In this document: in pieces, positions 58,685 to 64,000 of the stretch
Layout: each line of letters opens with the position of its first letter
Numbering within the stretch: the stretch's first letter is position 1
DNA from: Chrysomallon squamiferum
Taxonomy: Eukaryota > Animalia > Mollusca
NCBI GenBank assembly: GCA_012295275.1
Contig: CM022676.1
Coordinates: forward strand, 6,200,001-6,264,000
Length of the DNA stretch: 64,000 nt
Reading direction: 5' to 3'
Notes under the pieces: model-generated
What the model was told of the DNA's origin: nothing
The model's input: only the letters and a program-made list of their open reading frames with translations
Databases searched by the model: none
Translations under genes and position numbers: made by a program

Positions 58685-60764
58685 ATGTCAGCGGTTGTAA
58701 TTCAACCCCAAGCTGGAGAAAAGGGTCAGCAGCTTAGAATGACGACGCCACCAAAGCCGGCATTTGTTGTTCCGGCAGGTTTGCCTCCCGGTCTGGCGTA
58801 CCTTGATACGACAGGAGAGGTTCGGGTACATCAGTATCAAAAGCGGCCTTTCGGTAGAGCTGAAATGATTTAATAAATAGCACGACAGTCTGACAGTTAT
58901 TTTTTTTTTTTTTTTTTTTTTTTATCAATTCATTTTTTTTCTTCTTCTTTTTTTCAAACACACACATAAAAAGAATTTTAAATAAAAAAGTAGTATTGTC
59001 ATTAAAAATAAATATTTTATTCTTATTTCATTTGTGGTATTCATTTTTGCAGTTAACTGTACTTACATTTTGAAGAATATAATAACACTTAGAAATATTT
59101 TAAATATTTTTGCAGTCTAGGTGACATAATTAATCGTGATAATTATATCAAATTAACTAATCCCAAAATTTTTGTTCTTTACGTCTACAATTCATAGTAA
59201 TATATAAGAAAAGGTGTCTTTATTTCTTCTTTAAAAAAAAAAAAAAAAAAAAATTAATGAGTGAACAATATATTTGAGTAAACAATAGAATATATAAGAT
59301 GTAACTATCTCAGTCAATTTGAGATCACTGTAAGGTAGAAGGGTACACAACATTCTTGTAAAGATGAATACATTTTTTCCATTTCCAACACTTGAACATC
59401 CAACATAGAGATCAATTACAGACAGAAGCATTTATATAGATTTGCAATATTATTAATTACACGAATGTAATTTTTATATTCTATTTCCAGTTAATTATTA
59501 GTCAAAGTATAAAATAAAAACAGTTCTACATTAATTTCAGTTTCCTTTTCATTTTAGAATTGAAATATTAAACATAATATTTTTAGATCATGAAACTGAC
59601 AGTATTGGCCAAAAGTAGAAAGAATCAGTAACTAAATTTTTTCTCTACTAAATGCGAAGATCTATCAAATTAATCGTTTATAGCACAGTTCTGTTGTAAC
59701 TACTCCATATCAAGTGACTAATATTATTAATCATTTTAATGTCATTTTGTTTTTAAAATATTTTTTTACAATTGACAAAGGACGGCAAACGATCAACATA
59801 TACACAATATGCAACAGTGCTGATCACCAGATTATGCGTGCAAAGGAAGGTAAAAATACAGTTTTATTATTAACCTTGACCAGACAGATGACCGAACAGA
59901 AATGGACGCTAGACCAAATGGACAATTAGCTGAACAGACATTTGGCTGAAAGGACATATGCCCTATGTTATTTTTATCTTTTTTTTTTTTTAATGTTTTA
60001 AATTTTTAAATTTTATTATTTTTTATTTCTTCCTTATAATGTAATTGTTTTATCAAACAAACAATAAAAAAATAAAGATAAAATAAAATAAAATAAAATA
60101 AAATAAAAAATATATAAAAAAAACAACAACCGCAAAACATAAAAAAATAAACACGATTTGCATGATAAAAAATTCTATTTTGCACATCAGTTGTAAATAA
60201 AAGATATTAATTGTAATATCTGTTCGGCTGAATGTCCATCAACAGAATATCAGTAAACCACATCACTGGGAGCATTAATAACAATATAAGTAAAGAGAGA
60301 GAGCTCAATTTTATGTTAATCTAAGCTGAAATTATGATATCCTGAATTAAATTTTTATGTTAACCAATATGAAATTTTTATTTCACTTTTGTTAACTGTT
60401 GTACACATCGTTTGTATACTATGCAGATAAGATTGTATCCATCATTCTGTTTTGTACAGACACTAACAATGAATCTTTTACAACCGAGTTCTATGGAACA
60501 GATCGGCCATTTGTCATTAATATCACCGACAATCAAGGCGTTAATTTAATCCAGCTACATCGGCCACTTCGTTGCAGAGGCTGCTGGTGCTGGTGCTGTT
60601 ATCTTCAAGAAATGGAAATATATTCACCAGCCCGGGTTCCCATAGCAACCATCAAAGAAGTGTGAGTCGTTTTTTAACTAAATAAAAAAAATATAATAAT
60701 TCTTATTAAAATATGTAAGCATAATAATAATTAACTATATATATAAATTATAGATATTGATAAA

Positions 60765-60817
<53 letters not shown>

Positions 60818-62698
60818 TAGTTGTATTATTTTGCTTATAGAAATTGAAAAGAAAGAAGTTTTTGCTGTGCCTATTTCTTCATTCAGTGATATCTTACTCT
60901 CCATATCTTGTAACACGATAGAGATTTTCTTAAAATGGCCAGCATTTTACAGTTTATTTCTGCACTTATTAAATAAATCTTTGAACAAGTTCAAATCCTT
61001 TTCACTGATCTGTTCAATGCATTCCAGTTAATATGTAACGTCTTGTTAAAATGATCTATGATGACTCAAAAAAAAAATAAACAAACAAAATAAAAAACTT
61101 AGATATTTGTTTTCCACATTGTTTATGCTTCAGGATAAATATTTGGCTGCTGTCTAATAAACAAACTAACTAATAAATAAAAATGGTGAGTGCTTTGCAT
61201 CAACAGAATGGCTTAGCGTAATAGATTTTTTTTTTTTAAATAATCACATAAAAGATTTTAATTTTTTTTTTTACTTTATTATTATTTTTTTAAATTGTGC
61301 TTTGTAATTCAAAATCGGGACATCGCTTCAGTATTTCTTTGTTATTTGTTACAGATGGACGTGTTTAGATCCAAAATACAGAATATATGACATAAATGAA
61401 ACCCCCCTATTCACAATACTCGGAAAGGCCTGCTATTGCACATGTGGTGCAGGTATTATTCTTAAGGTAACAGCATCAATATTAAGCCAATAATTCAAAT
61501 TTTCATTAAATGATGCCAGTTTTTAAAATCTTCTGAAACATTTAGTCTTGATAGATATATACATGTATATATGTATAGATTAAACAATTATATATATATA
61601 TATATATATCTTCAGTAGTTACGAGTGGTCCAACTTACGAGTTTTCCGAGTTACGAGCAGTGCACCAGTCGATTTTTGCTTTGAGTTGCGAGCCAGAATT
61701 CCGAGTTACGAGCAAGCTTCAAATAGTCTTTGCTAGTTGGCGCAAAGAACAACACAACAATCGCCCAGCATCCCGCGTCTCTCTCGTTTGCTTCACGTGG
61801 TTACCTCGCCGTGGAAGCTTCTCTGTTGTGTTGTGCTCGCGTTTTGTGCAGTATCTTGCTAAATTTCCATGGATCCTAAGAAAGTGAGTGTAAAGGACAG
61901 TGCTGAGAAGAAGAAGCGGATGGTGTCCATTGAATGAAATCATACAAAAAACATAAGCGAGGTGTGCATATAGTCAACATGGCTAAGCAATACGAGCGTA
62001 GTACTTCTACGATATGTACCATACATGAAGCCGAAGGATGTGTATAAAGGCTATAACTCCAGCCAAAGGCGTTAAAATAATTTCTAAGCTGCGGATCTCT
62101 GTTCATGAAAAGATGGAGAAACCCTAACCCTGTACACTTTACAAAACCAATTTATTTCTTTACATTTTCTTTTATTTTGTCATTTATACATACTTTTTTT
62201 ATTATTATTATTTAAAACACGTTACAAAAAATTGGTGGTTTTAAGGGGGCTGGAACGGATTAATGGTATTTCTATTAATTTCATTTGGGAAAATGGATTT
62301 GATATACGAGCAATCACGGAACGAATTAAACTCGTAAGTCAAGGTACCACTGTATGTGTGTGTGTGTGTGTGTTTGTGTGTGTGTGATATAGTATATATT
62401 ATGATATTTATGATATACAAGATACAACATATATATAACGTATATGTATTTAGACACGCACATACATAATACACTTGTTTAATCACATGTAATAAAAAAA
62501 TGTATGCTCTATTACTAAACACAATAACAGACAATTTGATGTCATTATCATATAATTTGTGTAGTAACTTTACACAATTGATGTTTGTTTAGATTTTCCG
62601 TGGTGATGATGAAACAGAAGTGTGTGGACAAATTATAAAACACACAGATGTCGAGAATGAAATGAAAAATAATTTTACCGTGCAATGTAGGTTTATTA

Positions 62699-62754
<56 letters not shown>

Positions 62755-63093
62755 TTTATTTTAATTATTATTATTACTATCATGTATAATTAGATGTTAT
62801 AAAGCTAAAAACACATTTTATATACTTCCTAGTCATTTTTTTTTTTTTTTTTTTTTTTTTTAATTAACATAAACTTTTCATAATAATAACGTATTATAGT
62901 ATTGTTTTGTGATATTATAAAAAGAGGAATAAAAGCATAACATATTTCAGTTTTGTTTTGTGACATATATTTTTGAAGATATAAATGTAAATAAATGTTA
63001 AAACGAATTTTTGCTTTTAATGTAATTATTATAATCATTGATATCGATTGTGTATTTAGGTCATTTTATTTAGAATCAGTTTTTGTGGGCATC

Positions 63094-63147
<54 letters not shown>

Positions 63148-63234
63148 TTGGTTTCTGTCACCATGTCTTTCAACATTAATATATGTAGAAAGTTTTGCAA
63201 CATTCATCCTTTTTTTTCAACCTGCATTAGCCCC

Positions 63235-63273
<39 letters not shown>

Positions 63274-63463
63274 TGTCTATCTGTGTACATGCATTATTAT
63301 ATAAAATACACTGAATAGATTTTACGTATAACATATCCATTATTATTTTCTTCTATTATCAATTTCAGTTTCGCCTGGCTTGGACGTTTTCAGCAAAGTA
63401 ATTCTCCTTGGAGCAACGTTTCTCGTTGACTTCAACTACTTCGAAGACGACAAAACTCGTTGA
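58685..63463 (+). CDS. Phospholipid scramblase family protein (divergent), about 246 aa
   Basis: Exons 58685-58853, 59781-59849, 60460-60661, 61355-61466, 62593-62686, 63369-63463 (741 nt, in frame). Motifs PPGLAYL...VHQ, RPFVINITDNQG...LHRPLRCRGCWCWCCYLQEMEIYSP and FSPGLDVFSKVILLGATFLVDFNYFE are typical of PLSCR. Confidence 0.92.
61613..62352 (+). mobile_element. Non-autonomous Tigger/pogo DNA transposon in scramblase intron 4
   Basis: Ends GTCAAGGTACCACTG|TA; repeated TTACGAG subterminal motifs; broken transposase start MDPKKVSVKDSAEKKKRMVSIE* at 61869; same family as 55253-55929. Confidence 0.92.
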
Positions 63464-64000
63464 CTTATTACCTCCACAGTTACATTCACATGTTGACATC
63501 ATAAATAAGCTTTTAGATAAATCTGTCTTTATTGTTCTCAAGTGCTTTTTCCAAGATATTTTGTTTTAGCCAAAGACTGACGATTTTGTTGATATAATTA
63601 TCCGCCATCTTTCTTCTTCAGGTTATATAGTTTTATAAGTAATTTTTATGTTTTTAATCTTCTACTGTTACAAAGTTTTAGTTATATATGCACAAGGACA
63701 CACACACACACACACAGAGTAGACTGTCATCACTGTTTTAAACATCTATAATGTGTATGTATGTATGTGTGTGTGTGTGTGTGTGTGTATATAAATATAT
63801 ATATATATATATATAGCACATAGTTGTTTTCCTTTTAAAATCATTGCATTCTAAATATTTATATATTTTTAGACTTTTTCAGAAGCATACTTATTTGGCA
63901 GTAAATAATTATTATTATTTTTTTTTTTTTTTTAGAATTTTTGTTCATTGCTTCTATTTTTATTTAATAGGAAAGTTTGGGTAATTTCAGATGAAAAGGA

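Overview
Very AT-rich, microsatellite-dense animal genomic DNA (probably a mollusc; inferred from protein similarity and repeat types, not proven). Manual splicing reconstruction gives five intron-containing genes in two head-to-head pairs plus one: U2AF1 (-, 5' part only, runs off the left edge) / PIH1D2 (+); GRAMD1/Aster (-, ~32 kb) / HUS1 (+); and a divergent phospholipid scramblase (+). There are two internally deleted Tigger/pogo DNA transposons, many simple repeats and several minisatellites. Almost all ORF-track entries are microsatellite artefacts. The most interesting signal is splicing biology. U2AF1 has a tandemly duplicated, apparently mutually exclusive exon 4 (a different exon from the vertebrate 3a/3b pair), with a predicted long-range RNA duplex and a candidate poison exon between the copies. 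The Aster gene has several frame-preserving microexon candidates, three phase-compatible first exons, an apparent 1-nt frameshift, and intronic tandem repeats built from its own splice junctions. All exon models are read by eye and need RNA-seq confirmation.
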